A stretch of DNA of 64,000 nt from Cyanobacteria bacterium P01_D01_bin.156 (GCA_039024555.1 JBCCQQ010000001.1:351979-415978); one strand, 5' to 3'. Counted from the first letter of the stretch, positions 33,051 through 43,052 are shown. The notes: generated from the sequence alone by a model not told the origin. Numbers and translations are program-made.

Positions 33051-33851
33051 CTAGGACATCTCTTGAATCTGCACAACGGCTGATACGGGTTCTGGTACAT
33101 TGGCTTCCACCGTGCGGGCAGCGGAGATAATCAAGGCCGCTCCCATCAGGGCCATGATGGCATTTTCAGCAAAACTGACCACGCCCAGAGGCGCTTTAGA
33201 ATTGCCACCAACACAGGCACAGTTAAGGGCCAACTTATCGATGTAGACAGCTTTTACCACCGAAGCGATGCCGCTGACACCTACCGCCAGGGAACCAATT
33301 CCTGTTGCCAACGGTGCAATACCTGCGAGAAAACCCAACCCAATGGCCAGTTCCGCAAAGGGATACACCTTGGCATAGGGTTTTAACCGTTGCGTAATTA
33401 AGTCATATTTAGCAAAGCTTTCGGCAAAAGCGTCTATGTCCATTAGCTTGAGCGAGGCCAACATGCTGAGGGAAATGCCCATGAAGCCGCTGAGCCCCAG
33501 AGATGTAGCCAAGGCCATCAGTCCAGCGGTGGAGAATAGGGCAATGACGGGGGTGTAGGAATACTCGGCTGTTTCGGCGTCTACATCGAAGTGACTGGCC
33601 AAGTCACTGTATCCACCAATGCGTTCATCACCAAAGAAAATCTGGGGTGTGGTGGGAACCTGATGCTCAGCTTTAAAGGCGGCAACGGTATCAGACGAGG
33701 TTAAATGTATGTCCTCGAACTCAATCCCTTTTTGCTGCAATAGGGCAACGGCTCGCAGACCCCAAGGGCACTGATGGTCTGGGGTGACCATGCGGTAGAG
33801 ACGCACGGGATGGGCAATAGCAGTAGGCGTTTTAGAAATAGTTGTGGTCAT
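33051..33851 (-). CDS. Glutaredoxin-MauE/DoxX fusion redox membrane protein
   Basis: HQCPWG, TTPQIF, RIGGYSDL glutaredoxin domain; YPFAEL and LNCACVGG MauE domain. Confidence 0.88.
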   Translation of the reverse strand: MTTTISKTPTAIAHPVRLYRMVTPDHQCPWGLRAVALLQQKGIEFEDIHLTSSDTVAAFKAEHQVPTTPQIFFGDERIGGYSDLASHFDVDAETAEYSYTPVIALFSTAGLMALATSLGLSGFMGISLSMLASLKLMDIDAFAESFAKYDLITQRLKPYAKVYPFAELAIGLGFLAGIAPLATGIGSLAVGVSGIASVVKAVYIDKLALNCACVGGNSKAPLGVVSFAENAIMALMGAALIISAARTVEANVPEPVSAVVQIQEMS

Positions 33852-33901
33852 GGTAATGGCTCCTGAAGGCGTGTAGCGGTTCCAGGTGATTCGATACTCC
33901 T

Positions 33902-33933
33902 AGGCTAAACCCTACAGTGAACTTTAGGGTCAA
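33902..33933 (-). promoter_or_regulatory. MerR-family type promoter/operator for the Grx-MauE gene
   Basis: -35 TTGACC, 20-nt spacer, -10 TAGCCT; dyad ACCCTACAGT-GA-ACTTTAGGGT (33909-33930). Confidence 0.7.
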
Positions 33934-33970
33934 GGGGGCTAGCGCTACGGTCACATCTAGAAATAAGACG

Positions 33971-34003
33971 TTTCACGCTGATTTCATTTTTCTGAGATAG
34001 CTT
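33971..34003 (+). promoter_or_regulatory. CopR-type box and -10 element for the two-component operon
   Basis: TTTCAC-GCTGA-TTTCAT, 10 nt, TAGCTT. Confidence 0.75.
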
Positions 34004-34032
34004 GAAAAGCACCTGTAGGTGTATTTCTAAGG

Positions 34033-34731
34033 GTGATGCGAGTATTACTGGTGGAAGATGAGCCAGATTTAGGGCAGGCGATTAAGCGCACCTTGACCCA
34101 AGAAGCCTATGTGGTGGACTGGTTGCAGTCAGGGGGCGAGGCCCTGGCCTACCTGGAATGTGATGTGAATCTTTACACCGTGGCCGTGTTTGATTGGATG
34201 GTGCCGGAATTTTCTGGCTTAGAGCTGTGTGCTTGGTTGCGTGAGCATCACCATGGTTTGCCCGTATTGATGCTCACGGCTAAAGACCGGGTAGAAGATC
34301 GAATTGCAGGGCTGGATGCTGGGGCCGATGACTATTTGGTTAAACCCTTTAGCATGGCAGAACTGTTGGCCCGACTGCGTGCCCTGCGACGACGGCCAGT
34401 AGATTTTCAGACAGCGCAGTTGACCTGTGGTCCGTTATTGTTGGATTGCGATCGCAGACTCGCCTTTCTCCATTCAGGCACATCCGCTGAACAACAGATT
34501 GAACTCACCCAAAAAGAGTTTCAGTTGTTGAAGTACTTTATGGAACATCCCAATCAAATTCTCACCCGTGACCAAGTGTTAACCCAGCTGTGGGAGATTG
34601 GGGCTGAACCCAGCAGCAATGTGGTGGCTGCTCAAATGCGACTATTGCGACGTAAGCTGGGACCGTATGACCACACGATTGAGACCGTCTATGGCATGGG
34701 ATATCGGTTTATTCCGGCACAAAGCGAGTAA
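34033..34731 (+). CDS. OmpR-family response regulator (CopR/RppA/NrsR-like)
   Basis: LLVEDE, FDWMVP, MLTAKD, GADDYLVKPF, SNVVAAQMRLLRRKL, IETVYGMGY. Confidence 0.9.
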   Translation: MMRVLLVEDEPDLGQAIKRTLTQEAYVVDWLQSGGEALAYLECDVNLYTVAVFDWMVPEFSGLELCAWLREHHHGLPVLMLTAKDRVEDRIAGLDAGADDYLVKPFSMAELLARLRALRRRPVDFQTAQLTCGPLLLDCDRRLAFLHSGTSAEQQIELTQKEFQLLKYFMEHPNQILTRDQVLTQLWEIGAEPSSNVVAAQMRLLRRKLGPYDHTIETVYGMGYRFIPAQSE

Positions 34732-36061
34732 GCCACAAAATCAGCTATTCCAGCAATCACGCCTCCAACTAGCCGCCTGGTATGCCGGGGTGATGGGGGT
34801 GATTTTGGCATTGTTGGGATTTGGCATGTATCGAGCCATTGCCCATGCCCACGCAGTGACGGTTGACAGAGAAATTAAATCGGTTGCTGATGCGCTTAAA
34901 TTAATACTCTCTGATCAGCAACAACTACAACAGCTGCCCGCCCAAATCCTGCCCGATCTATGTCTGGGTGAGCAGCGTTGTCTGGAACCGATACAACAAA
35001 CAAGCAGCCCCTATCTGCAAGGTTATTACATCCGTATTATCAGCCCAGCGGGAGAACTGTTAGCGACCGCAGGAGCCCGACCTCAAGGTATACCCGTCAC
35101 TATTCCAACAGCAACCTGGCAAACGGTGTGGGATGACAGTAATCAGCACTATCACCAAGTCGCCTTAGAGCTTTCTCCTACGATAGGGCCAACAGCTCAA
35201 GCGCCGGAGAGCTGGGCTTATTTAGTCGTGGGGCGCTCATTTCAGGATTTTGATCAATACCTGGCGTCAGTTCGCTGGAGGATTTTGCTAGGGTTATTGC
35301 TGGCGTTGGCTTTGGTAGCACCAGCCAGCTGGTGGCTGGCGACTCTGGCCATGCGTCCTATCTATCGCTCCTACAGCCAAATTCAACAATTTACAGCGGA
35401 TGCAGCCCACGAGTTACGCACGCCCCTAGCCGCCATTCGAGCCACGGTAGAGTCTGTTTTACGATTACCTCACCTGTCAGAAGCGGATGCTCAAGATACG
35501 CTGGGCGTCATTCATCGCCAAAACCAGAGGCTGTCCAACCTGGTCAGTAATTTACTATTGCTCTCGAAGCTGGATATTCAGGCGTATCCCACTAAGCAGG
35601 CCCCTTGCAATTTGGTGGATTTAATTCATGATATTGCCGAAGAGATGGCCGCGTTTGCCCTACAAAAAAAGATTGCTTTAGATATTGATGTGCAAACCGA
35701 CGCCGTAGTCACTGTTTTAGGGGATGAAGAAAATCTCTATCGGTTGTTGCTCAATTTAGTCAACAACGCCTTAACCTATACGCCAGAAGGCGGACGTGTA
35801 ACACTCACGCTTCAGCAACAGCAGCAGCAGGCGCTGATTTTAGTGACGGATACCGGTGTGGGTATCGCACCGGAAGACCAGGCGAAAATCTTTGACCGGT
35901 TTTATCGGGTGGATACGGCTAGATCTCGACAGACGGGCAATTCAGGGTTAGGGCTTGCGATCGCAACCGCCATTGCCCAAGCCCACAAAGGGACTATTAC
36001 CGTTTCCAGTCAACCTGGCCAAGGCAGCACATTCACGGTTTCTCTCCCCATTTCATTATGA
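34691..36061 (+). CDS. Sensor histidine kinase (CopS/RppB/NrsS-like); start uncertain (ORF opens at 34598)
   Basis: LAAWYAGVMG TM1, FTADAAHELRTPL, NLVNNALTYT, DTGVGI, FDRFYRVD, SGLGLAI. Confidence 0.9.
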   Translation: MAWDIGLFRHKASKPQNQLFQQSRLQLAAWYAGVMGVILALLGFGMYRAIAHAHAVTVDREIKSVADALKLILSDQQQLQQLPAQILPDLCLGEQRCLEPIQQTSSPYLQGYYIRIISPAGELLATAGARPQGIPVTIPTATWQTVWDDSNQHYHQVALELSPTIGPTAQAPESWAYLVVGRSFQDFDQYLASVRWRILLGLLLALALVAPASWWLATLAMRPIYRSYSQIQQFTADAAHELRTPLAAIRATVESVLRLPHLSEADAQDTLGVIHRQNQRLSNLVSNLLLLSKLDIQAYPTKQAPCNLVDLIHDIAEEMAAFALQKKIALDIDVQTDAVVTVLGDEENLYRLLLNLVNNALTYTPEGGRVTLTLQQQQQQALILVTDTGVGIAPEDQAKIFDRFYRVDTARSRQTGNSGLGLAIATAIAQAHKGTITVSSQPGQGSTFTVSLPISL

Positions 36062-36083
36062 TTTCATAACACTCTCTTACCTT
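36051..36083 (+). promoter_or_regulatory. CopR-type box and -10 element upstream of the second response regulator
   Basis: TTTCAT-TATGA-TTTCAT, 10 nt, TACCTT. Confidence 0.7.
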
Positions 36084-36113
36084 AGAAAATAGATTAATTA
36101 AACTGTTTTCGTT

Positions 36114-36854
36114 ATGGAATCTCATAGTATTTTGCTGGTCTCTAATAATGACCAAACTAGCCAGCTAGTTCAGATGGAACTCGGTCTAGAAGGCTATCGA
36201 GTCATGTTTGAGCAAGACAGCACGTCAGGATTTATGACCGCCCGTCGCCATGAACCCCAGATACTGATTCTAGACACAGCAGTCCCAGGATTATCTCCCT
36301 TGGAAATATGTGCCGCATTAAAGCAAACGTCCCCTGATATCAGGATTATTCTTCTCACTGATGCTAATAACATTAATTTGCTCGACCCTGTTGCGGATGA
36401 TTACCTGTTCAAGCCCCTAAGTCTCACCGAATTAATACTAAGGGTAAGGCTCAATTTGAAACGTCACTCCCCTGAGAAAGCACGGCTATTGCAGTTTGAA
36501 GACCTACGGATTAACTGTGACAGTCGTACTGTGTATCGTGGTGAGCGCTTGGTTGAGCTGACTGTCAAAGAATATAACTTGTTGACCTATTTTATGGGGC
36601 ATCCACAGCAGGTGATTGAACGTGACCGCTTGCTTGAGGAAGTCTGGGAGTATGCATTTATTGGCAACAACGATGTGTTGTATGTGTGCATGCGCAGCCT
36701 CAGAAACAAATTAGAAGCCAATGGAGAACCCCGCCTAATACAAACCGTACGCGGGATTGGCTATGTTCTCAGAACTCCCGTAGGTGGGTATAAAGAAGAC
36801 GCCAATGAGGATGAAGACTCAACTTTGCCTGAGTTAGCCACCACCCATCGATAA
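36114..36854 (+). CDS. OmpR-family response regulator with atypical receiver
   Basis: Winged helix LTVKEYNLL...LIQTVRGIGY; receiver reads LVSNN instead of LVEDD. Confidence 0.85.
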   Translation: MESHSILLVSNNDQTSQLVQMELGLEGYRVMFEQDSTSGFMTARRHEPQILILDTAVPGLSPLEICAALKQTSPDIRIILLTDANNINLLDPVADDYLFKPLSLTELILRVRLNLKRHSPEKARLLQFEDLRINCDSRTVYRGERLVELTVKEYNLLTYFMGHPQQVIERDRLLEEVWEYAFIGNNDVLYVCMRSLRNKLEANGEPRLIQTVRGIGYVLRTPVGGYKEDANEDEDSTLPELATTHR

Positions 36855-36856
36855 TA

Positions 36857-36889
36857 TTTCATGCTGATTTCACAATCGGTCGATATAGT
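36857..36889 (+). promoter_or_regulatory. CopR-type box and -10 element upstream of the efflux operon
   Basis: TTTCAT-GCTGA-TTTCAC, 10 nt, TATAGT. Confidence 0.78.
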
Positions 36890-36924
36890 CTGAAACGCGC
36901 ACGCTGAAGTCGTAGATTAGCGGA

Positions 36925-38664
36925 ATGAACCAGCCACCTGAATCTCCTGAAACATCCGTATCAGAAGAAAGTTACGATATCGAGAATGCTGAACCTTCCC
37001 GCCCCTGGTGGAAATCATCCGGTAGAGCCCTGTTAGGTCTGGGCGTTTTTGCCGTCTTGAGTACGGGCATTGTCGGTGCTACCCACATGCTCTCCTCCTC
37101 GGCCATGGAAGGCCACGATATGGGCGGCCATGGCGGCCATGACATGTCGGGCCACGATATGGGCGGCATGTCCCATGATGAGATGATGCGGGTGGATGGG
37201 GCCTTTAACCCAACACCGGTTACCGTGGAGGTGGTCAAAGCAGCTCCGCTAGATGCCAGTGTTAATTACACTGGGGCGATTTTGCCCTACACAGAGGTCA
37301 CGGTTTATCCCCGTGTGGCCGGTCAGCTCTCAAACTATGATGTTTACCCCGGTGACTGGGTCGATGCTGGGCAGCTGTTAGCTAACCTGGATGCCATTGA
37401 GCGGGTCAGCCAGACAAGTGAAGCTCAAGCATCGGCCACAGCCCTGCTTGCAGCTGCTGACGCCAGCCAGTTTGAGCTAGAAGAACAACAACAGGAAATC
37501 ATCCAAATTCAGGCGGACCTCGACTATCTCATTCTCGACCGAGATCGCTTTGAGACCTTGACGGCAGAAGGGGCCACCTCCCAATCTCAATACGACTTGG
37601 CCGCATCCCAGGTAGATGCCAAACGAGCCATGTTAGTTGGTGCTAAGACCAAACTCACCCGGCTGCAATCCAAGGTAGCCAGCGATCAGGCCCAGGTAGA
37701 ACGTGCTCGTGCTCAGATCAATACAGCATCTGCCTTTGAAGGCTACACCCAAATTTCAGCGCCAATTAGCGGCATTGTGCAGGCCCGCATGGCCGATCCA
37801 GGCGTTGTTGTTCAGCCTGGAATGGGAATTTTCAAAATTGGTGATTACCAGCAGGTAAGACTCCAGGCCAATGTGGCTCAACAGGATGCTAACCAGATTC
37901 GGTTGGGAACACCGATTGTGGCTAAGATCCAGGGTACGAATGCAGGTGTCATTCAAGGAGAAATCACCAGCATTTTTCCCCAAGCGGATTTGGAGACTCG
38001 CACGGTCACCGTAGAAGCCGTGGTGGATAACCCAGAACGACGATTGCTGTCGGGGCAGTTTGTGGATATGGAGATTATCACGCAGCGACGTACCGAGGCG
38101 CTTGCAGTGCCGCAAAAAGCTGTTGTGAGCTTTGACGGTGAGGCAGCAATCTGGGTGGTAAATGGCAGTAACGCCCAGCGGCGACGGGTGACAACGGGGA
38201 TGATGAGTCACGATCGCATCGAGATTACCGATGGTCTCAAGGCAGGCGATCAGGTAATTACCTCGGGCCACAGCCGCCTGATTGAGGGAGGAGCCGTGAC
38301 CATTGTAGATGCCCTGGGTAACCCCACCGATAGCTTTGTGAGCACTGCAGACAGCTCGTTAGAACTCTCTCTAGTCAGTCCTGACACGGTAAAAGCGGGT
38401 AAAAATGAGATTACCTTTATCTTGAAAAATATAGAGACCGGGGAACGGGTAACCGTATCTGCCGATGATTTAGCCCTCGACATCACCATGCCTATGAAAA
38501 ACATGGCACCGATGATGGCCAAAGTAGAACTGTCAGCCACGGACAACCCTGGAGAATTCAAGGTCAACACCCATCTAGGCATGAAAGGTGACTGGATTAT
38601 AGATGCCAACGTGACCGATGACGAACAGGCTGGCAAGGCTCGCCTCACCGTGCCAGTTAATTAA
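36925..38664 (+). CDS. RND periplasmic adaptor (MFP) with His/Met-rich N-terminal repeat and C-terminal YtkA/FixH-like domain
   Basis: GHDMGG repeats, VYPRVAG, ISAPISG, LLSGQFV; C-terminal MPMKNMAPM...GMKGDW. Confidence 0.88.
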   Translation: MNQPPESPETSVSEESYDIENAEPSRPWWKSSGRALLGLGVFAVLSTGIVGATHMLSSSAMEGHDMGGHGGHDMSGHDMGGMSHDEMMRVDGAFNPTPVTVEVVKAAPLDASVNYTGAILPYTEVTVYPRVAGQLSNYDVYPGDWVDAGQLLANLDAIERVSQTSEAQASATALLAAADASQFELEEQQQEIIQIQADLDYLILDRDRFETLTAEGATSQSQYDLAASQVDAKRAMLVGAKTKLTRLQSKVASDQAQVERARAQINTASAFEGYTQISAPISGIVQARMADPGVVVQPGMGIFKIGDYQQVRLQANVAQQDANQIRLGTPIVAKIQGTNAGVIQGEITSIFPQADLETRTVTVEAVVDNPERRLLSGQFVDMEIITQRRTEALAVPQKAVVSFDGEAAIWVVNGSNAQRRRVTTGMMSHDRIEITDGLKAGDQVITSGHSRLIEGGAVTIVDALGNPTDSFVSTADSSLELSLVSPDTVKAGKNEITFILKNIETGERVTVSADDLALDITMPMKNMAPMMAKVELSATDNPGEFKVNTHLGMKGDWIIDANVTDDEQAGKARLTVPVN

Positions 38665-38748
38665 AGTCATATCCCTACTGTTTTGCTGCATAGGGAACAG
38701 CGGGGACGCTGCTCACACACGTCTACACGCACTCAAACCAATAAAATC

Positions 38749-39219
38749 ATGAAAAAACTGTTATTGAGTCTAATTGCAGTAAGCGCATTGGCGACTGGCT
38801 GTGAAGGGGCATCAACTTCTTCTGAGCCTACTATATCAGGGGCATTGGAGGCTGCTGCCAATGATAATAAAACAGAAATGAACAGCATGGAGGGCATGGA
38901 AGCCACCAGTGAGGGGAATGTAGAAATTACTCTGGTGAGCCCTGATGCAGTACCTATGGGAGATGCGGAACTTGTTGTTGCGGTGAAAGATGCGGCCACA
39001 GGTAAACCGGTCACCACTGAGAATTTAGAGGTAGAAATCTTTATGCCCATGGACGGCATGGACGATATGACCACTGAAGCAGAAATTTCACCGGATGCTG
39101 AACCAGGTCAATACAAGGTTGCTACTTACTTGGGTATGGCAGGCATGTGGGCTGTTAACACCACTGTTGACGAAGGAGAACAACAGGGTAAAGCTCACTT
39201 TATGTTTGAAGCACAATAA
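38749..39219 (+). CDS. Met-rich YtkA/FixH-like lipoprotein
   Basis: MKKLL...LATGC lipobox; MNSMEGM, FMPMDGMDDM, GMAGMW. Confidence 0.8.
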   Translation: MKKLLLSLIAVSALATGCEGASTSSEPTISGALEAAANDNKTEMNSMEGMEATSEGNVEITLVSPDAVPMGDAELVVAVKDAATGKPVTTENLEVEIFMPMDGMDDMTTEAEISPDAEPGQYKVATYLGMAGMWAVNTTVDEGEQQGKAHFMFEAQ

Positions 39220-39341
39220 ACAGCAGTTGAGCCATTAGAAGTAGTCCATCTCCTAATGGCTGAATCTAAACCCCAGTGTCTCAAATCGAATAAATCTCTT
39301 CCAGAGAGCCTTCCTAAGCAATTCATGCGCCACCGCTTTCC

Positions 39342-42300
39342 ATGAAAGAATTTCTCACCCGCTGGTCTATTAAAAATCCGGTTGTTGTCACCGCTCTTTA
39401 TATTGCGGTGGTTATGCTGTCCTTACTGACGCTGTTTCTACTCCCGGTGCGGATGATGCCCTACGTGGAAAGCCCTCTGGTGTCAGTGGTATCTATGGCC
39501 CCTGGTGCATCACCAGAGGAAATTGAAACCTATATCACTAAACCCATCGAACAGCGGCTAAGCGTTTTGGATGGGGTGCGATTTATCCGGTCTAGTTCCC
39601 AAAAAGATAATTCCATCGTCACCATTCAGTTTGCTTGGGGAGGCAATGTCGATAAGGCGGTACAGTCGGTGCAAAACATTATGACAGCGGCTGAAGGTGA
39701 CCTGTTATTTGATGGCATTAACTTTAGATCCTACTGGGTGCTACCGATTGATCCATTAAATCGTCCTGTACTGACGCTGGCGCTCAGGGGTGAGAATTGG
39801 GACCCCCTCCAACTGAGAGAATTTGCTGACAATACGTTAGTGGATCGGCTGACTCAGGTGGAAGATGTGCAGGCTGTATCTATTTTTGGGGGCTACCGTC
39901 GTCAGCTACAGATTATTGTAGATCGTCAGAAGCTAGCGGCCTATGGACTGTCCATTGTGCAGGTACGGGATGCCATTGATGCCAATAACATTAGCCAAAG
40001 TGCAGGGACTTTGACGCAGGGGGATAGCGAAATTCTGGTGCGCACCGATGAGCGCACCCTGGGTGCTGCCGAGGTCATGGATTATCCCGTTTTAGAACAA
40101 AATGGTCGCGTGGTGTATGTGCGAGATGTCGCAACGGTTAAAGACACCTATGAAGAGCGCCGCAGCGGCTATCGCTATAACGGAGAATCGGCCCTCGCGG
40201 TCAATGTGATTCAGCAACCAGACTCTAGTTCTCCCCAGGTAATTAAGCGGGTCAGGATGGAACTGGAGGCGATCCAAAACGAATACCCTGGCATCGAATT
40301 TCAGGAAGCCTATGACAACTCCTACTTAGTTAACCTGATTGTCAGCAGTACGTTCCAGGAGCTGTTGGTGAGTGTCGTTCTTGCTGGACTGGTGATTTTG
40401 ATCTTCCTCGAAGACTTTCGATCCACGGCGATCATTATGATCTCTATTCCCACTAGCTTGGCCCTTTCTACCCTGCCGTTTATTCCCATCGGCATGTCCC
40501 TCAACTCGTCTACGCTGATTGGCATGATGATGGCCATTGGTAAGTTGGTGGATGATTCGATTATTGTGCTCGACTCCATTGATCAAAAATTACGAGCAGG
40601 GTTGATGCCCGTTCAGGCGTCAATTAAGGGTACTGGGGAAGTCTTTTTAGCCAGTGCAGCGGCAAGCTGTGTGATGATTGCGGCATTAGTGCCCACCATT
40701 CTCTCGGGTGGACTCACAGGTCTGATGTTTGTGGGCATTGTGTGGCCCATGGTGTTTGCGTTTGTGGCTTCGTTGCTGGTGTCAATTACGCTGATTCCGC
40801 TGGTGGCTGCGTTTACCCTCAAGCCTCATTCTGATCAACCCCAGCGGCGTACCTGGCTACAGCTGCTGACTACACCTGTGCGTTTTGGCTTTAACAAATT
40901 AGAACGGGGCTATGCCTGGTTGTTAGATCTGTGTATGCGGAATCGAGAGATCACCCTGGCCATTGCAGGGGCTTCGGTGGTTCTGGCAATCATGCTTTAC
41001 GGTCTGATTCCCCAGGAGATGATGCCCCTGGGAGATTCGGGACAGTTTGTCGCCACCTTAGAAATGGAGGCAGGTACCTCTTTTGCAGCCACTGATGCCG
41101 CAGCAGGTCGGTTTGAAGACATTATCTTGCAACAGCCAGAAGTAGAGAAAGTGTCTGCTCAGATCGGCTTTGAGCTAACGCGAAATAGCACCTATTTTAC
41201 GGGCTATAGCATGGGCGGTGTGAATACGGCATCAATGACGGTGACTATCACTCCCCTGAATGAACGGCGACGGGACATTTGGGAGATTATGGACGGCATT
41301 GAAGCGGAGGCTAAACAGACTATTCCCGGTATTCGTCGGATCGGAATTAAGGAAATGGGAGTAGATGTAATGGCCACCTCTGCGGCTCCCATTCAGCTAG
41401 CGGTATATGGCGATGACTTAGAGACACTCCATCGCTTAGCTCAAGGTGTTTTAGACATTGCCGAAGCCAATCCTGACCTCAAGATGCCGTTTACGAGTTC
41501 GGCCCTGTCTCAGCCCGAGTATCGGCTTAATATTGATCGCCGCCGTGCCCAGGAGCTAGGTCTGACGGTACAGGCGGTGTCCCAGCAAGCCTACTATGCC
41601 CTCAATGGCGGTATGACCCGCCGTTATTACAATCGCCCCAACCTCCGGCAGAATTCCATTCTGGTGCGGTATGACGAAAATGCTCGCGGTACGATGCAGG
41701 ATCTGTCAAATACTTACATCACCACCAAAACAGGCCAACAGGTACCCCTGAGCACAGTGGCGACACTTGAACCTCGCCAAGGTCCCACCTTGATTGAGCG
41801 GGTGAATGGGAAGCGGGTGGTGTACGTGAATGGCTATTACCGTAAGAATGCCCCTGCCTCTATGGATTTGTCCATGGCGGTGGCAATGCAGGCAGGCGAA
41901 GAACTAAACTTTCCCCCCGGCTATGGTGTCGATTCCATGGGGGACATGACCGATATGATGATCGAATTTGCCCGGTTGCTCAAGGGATTATTGGTATCGC
42001 TAGTGCTGCTGTACATCATTTTGGTGATTCAGTTTGGTTCGTTTATCCAGCCCCTGGTGATGATGCTCTCTGTGCCGCTACAGCTTGTGGGGGTATTTGG
42101 TGCACTGTTACTGTTCAATCACACCCTGTCCACCGTGTCGATTTTAGGAATTGTGATTCTCTCTGGGGTTTCGCTATCGGCAGCGATTCTGTTACTAGAG
42201 CTGATTTTAGCGAAGCGAAAGGAGGGCGTGCCGCGTGCGATCGCAATTCGTCAGGCTGGCCCTATCCGCCTTAAAGCCATTGTCATGACCACCGTCACCA

Positions 42301-42521
42301 CCCTGATCGTCATCGTCCGATTAGCCTTCTTCCCAGAAACAGGAATGGACGCCTATTCACCCATTGCTACTGTTATTTTGGGTGGCCTAGTGATGTCTAC
42401 GGTTCTCACATTAGTTATAGTTCCGGTGGTTTATTCCTACGTGGATGACGCGACAGAGGCATTCAAACGCCTAAAACAACCCTCAAAGAGAAAGCAGCTA
42501 GCTCGTGCAAAGCTTTCTTAG
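39342..42521 (+). CDS. RND efflux permease (AcrB/CusA superfamily), Met-rich
   Basis: 1059 aa; PGASPEEIETYITKPIE, GKLVDDSII, RLKAIVMTT, ATVILGGL. Confidence 0.93.
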   Translation: MKEFLTRWSIKNPVVVTALYIAVVMLSLLTLFLLPVRMMPYVESPLVSVVSMAPGASPEEIETYITKPIEQRLSVLDGVRFIRSSSQKDNSIVTIQFAWGGNVDKAVQSVQNIMTAAEGDLLFDGINFRSYWVLPIDPLNRPVLTLALRGENWDPLQLREFADNTLVDRLTQVEDVQAVSIFGGYRRQLQIIVDRQKLAAYGLSIVQVRDAIDANNISQSAGTLTQGDSEILVRTDERTLGAAEVMDYPVLEQNGRVVYVRDVATVKDTYEERRSGYRYNGESALAVNVIQQPDSSSPQVIKRVRMELEAIQNEYPGIEFQEAYDNSYLVNLIVSSTFQELLVSVVLAGLVILIFLEDFRSTAIIMISIPTSLALSTLPFIPIGMSLNSSTLIGMMMAIGKLVDDSIIVLDSIDQKLRAGLMPVQASIKGTGEVFLASAAASCVMIAALVPTILSGGLTGLMFVGIVWPMVFAFVASLLVSITLIPLVAAFTLKPHSDQPQRRTWLQLLTTPVRFGFNKLERGYAWLLDLCMRNREITLAIAGASVVLAIMLYGLIPQEMMPLGDSGQFVATLEMEAGTSFAATDAAAGRFEDIILQQPEVEKVSAQIGFELTRNSTYFTGYSMGGVNTASMTVTITPLNERRRDIWEIMDGIEAEAKQTIPGIRRIGIKEMGVDVMATSAAPIQLAVYGDDLETLHRLAQGVLDIAEANPDLKMPFTSSALSQPEYRLNIDRRRAQELGLTVQAVSQQAYYALNGGMTRRYYNRPNLRQNSILVRYDENARGTMQDLSNTYITTKTGQQVPLSTVATLEPRQGPTLIERVNGKRVVYVNGYYRKNAPASMDLSMAVAMQAGEELNFPPGYGVDSMGDMTDMMIEFARLLKGLLVSLVLLYIILVIQFGSFIQPLVMMLSVPLQLVGVFGALLLFNHTLSTVSILGIVILSGVSLSAAILLLELILAKRKEGVPRAIAIRQAGPIRLKAIVMTTVTTLIVIVRLAFFPETGMDAYSPIATVILGGLVMSTVLTLVIVPVVYSYVDDATEAFKRLKQPSKRKQLARAKLS

Positions 42522-42559
42522 GAACGATAGTCCAAAGGGCTCACTAACCACATCATAAT

Positions 42560-42602
42560 TTTAGTTGCGAGATACAACTAAATAGTTGCATAATCGAACT
42601 AT
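42560..42602 (+). promoter_or_regulatory. Tandem palindromic operators upstream of marR (likely autoregulatory)
   Basis: TTTAGTTG-N7-CAACTAAA then ATAGTTG-N7-GAACTAT. Confidence 0.65.
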
Positions 42603-42620
42603 TAGTTTGATTTTATCTGC

Positions 42621-43052
42621 GTGCCCAATTCTCCTGATTTACAAGGCCAGTTAATAGCGCTAATTCGTGCATTTGGTTTGCACCGACCCGACCAAACACC
42701 CTGTGGACAGACGGTAACGGTGGCAGAAGCCCATGCCCTGATGGAGCTATCTAATGGGCAGTTGCTGTCTCAAAATGAACTATCCACACGTCTCAGCCTA
42801 GAAAAAAGCACAGTCAGCCGTCTGGTCAAAATCTTAGAACGACGAGGATGGCTCCAACGTAGTCGCAGTGAAGCAGATCGCAGAGTCATACAGCTGACAC
42901 TGACAAAAAGCGGACAAAAAGCAGCGGGGCAACTTGCCACTGCACGTCGAGAAAAGTTTGATCGCATACTCTCTGCAATTCCCAAGGAACAACAGACAGT
43001 TGTACTCGATTCCCTAAATATTCTTGTGGAGGCTATCCATGAAAGTGAATAA
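42621..43052 (+). CDS. MarR family transcriptional regulator
   Basis: TPCG, LSLEKSTVSRLV, DRRVIQLTLTKSG. Confidence 0.9.
   Translation: MPNSPDLQGQLIALIRAFGLHRPDQTPCGQTVTVAEAHALMELSNGQLLSQNELSTRLSLEKSTVSRLVKILERRGWLQRSRSEADRRVIQLTLTKSGQKAAGQLATARREKFDRILSAIPKEQQTVVLDSLNILVEAIHESE

Noticed and set aside
34598..34690. N-terminal extension of the kinase ORF
   Set aside because: Deep overlap with the response regulator; a later start is more plausible.
37756..41392. Multiple antisense ORFs within the efflux genes, and similar shadow ORFs elsewhere
   Set aside because: Typical opposite-strand shadows of long real CDSs, with no independent motifs.
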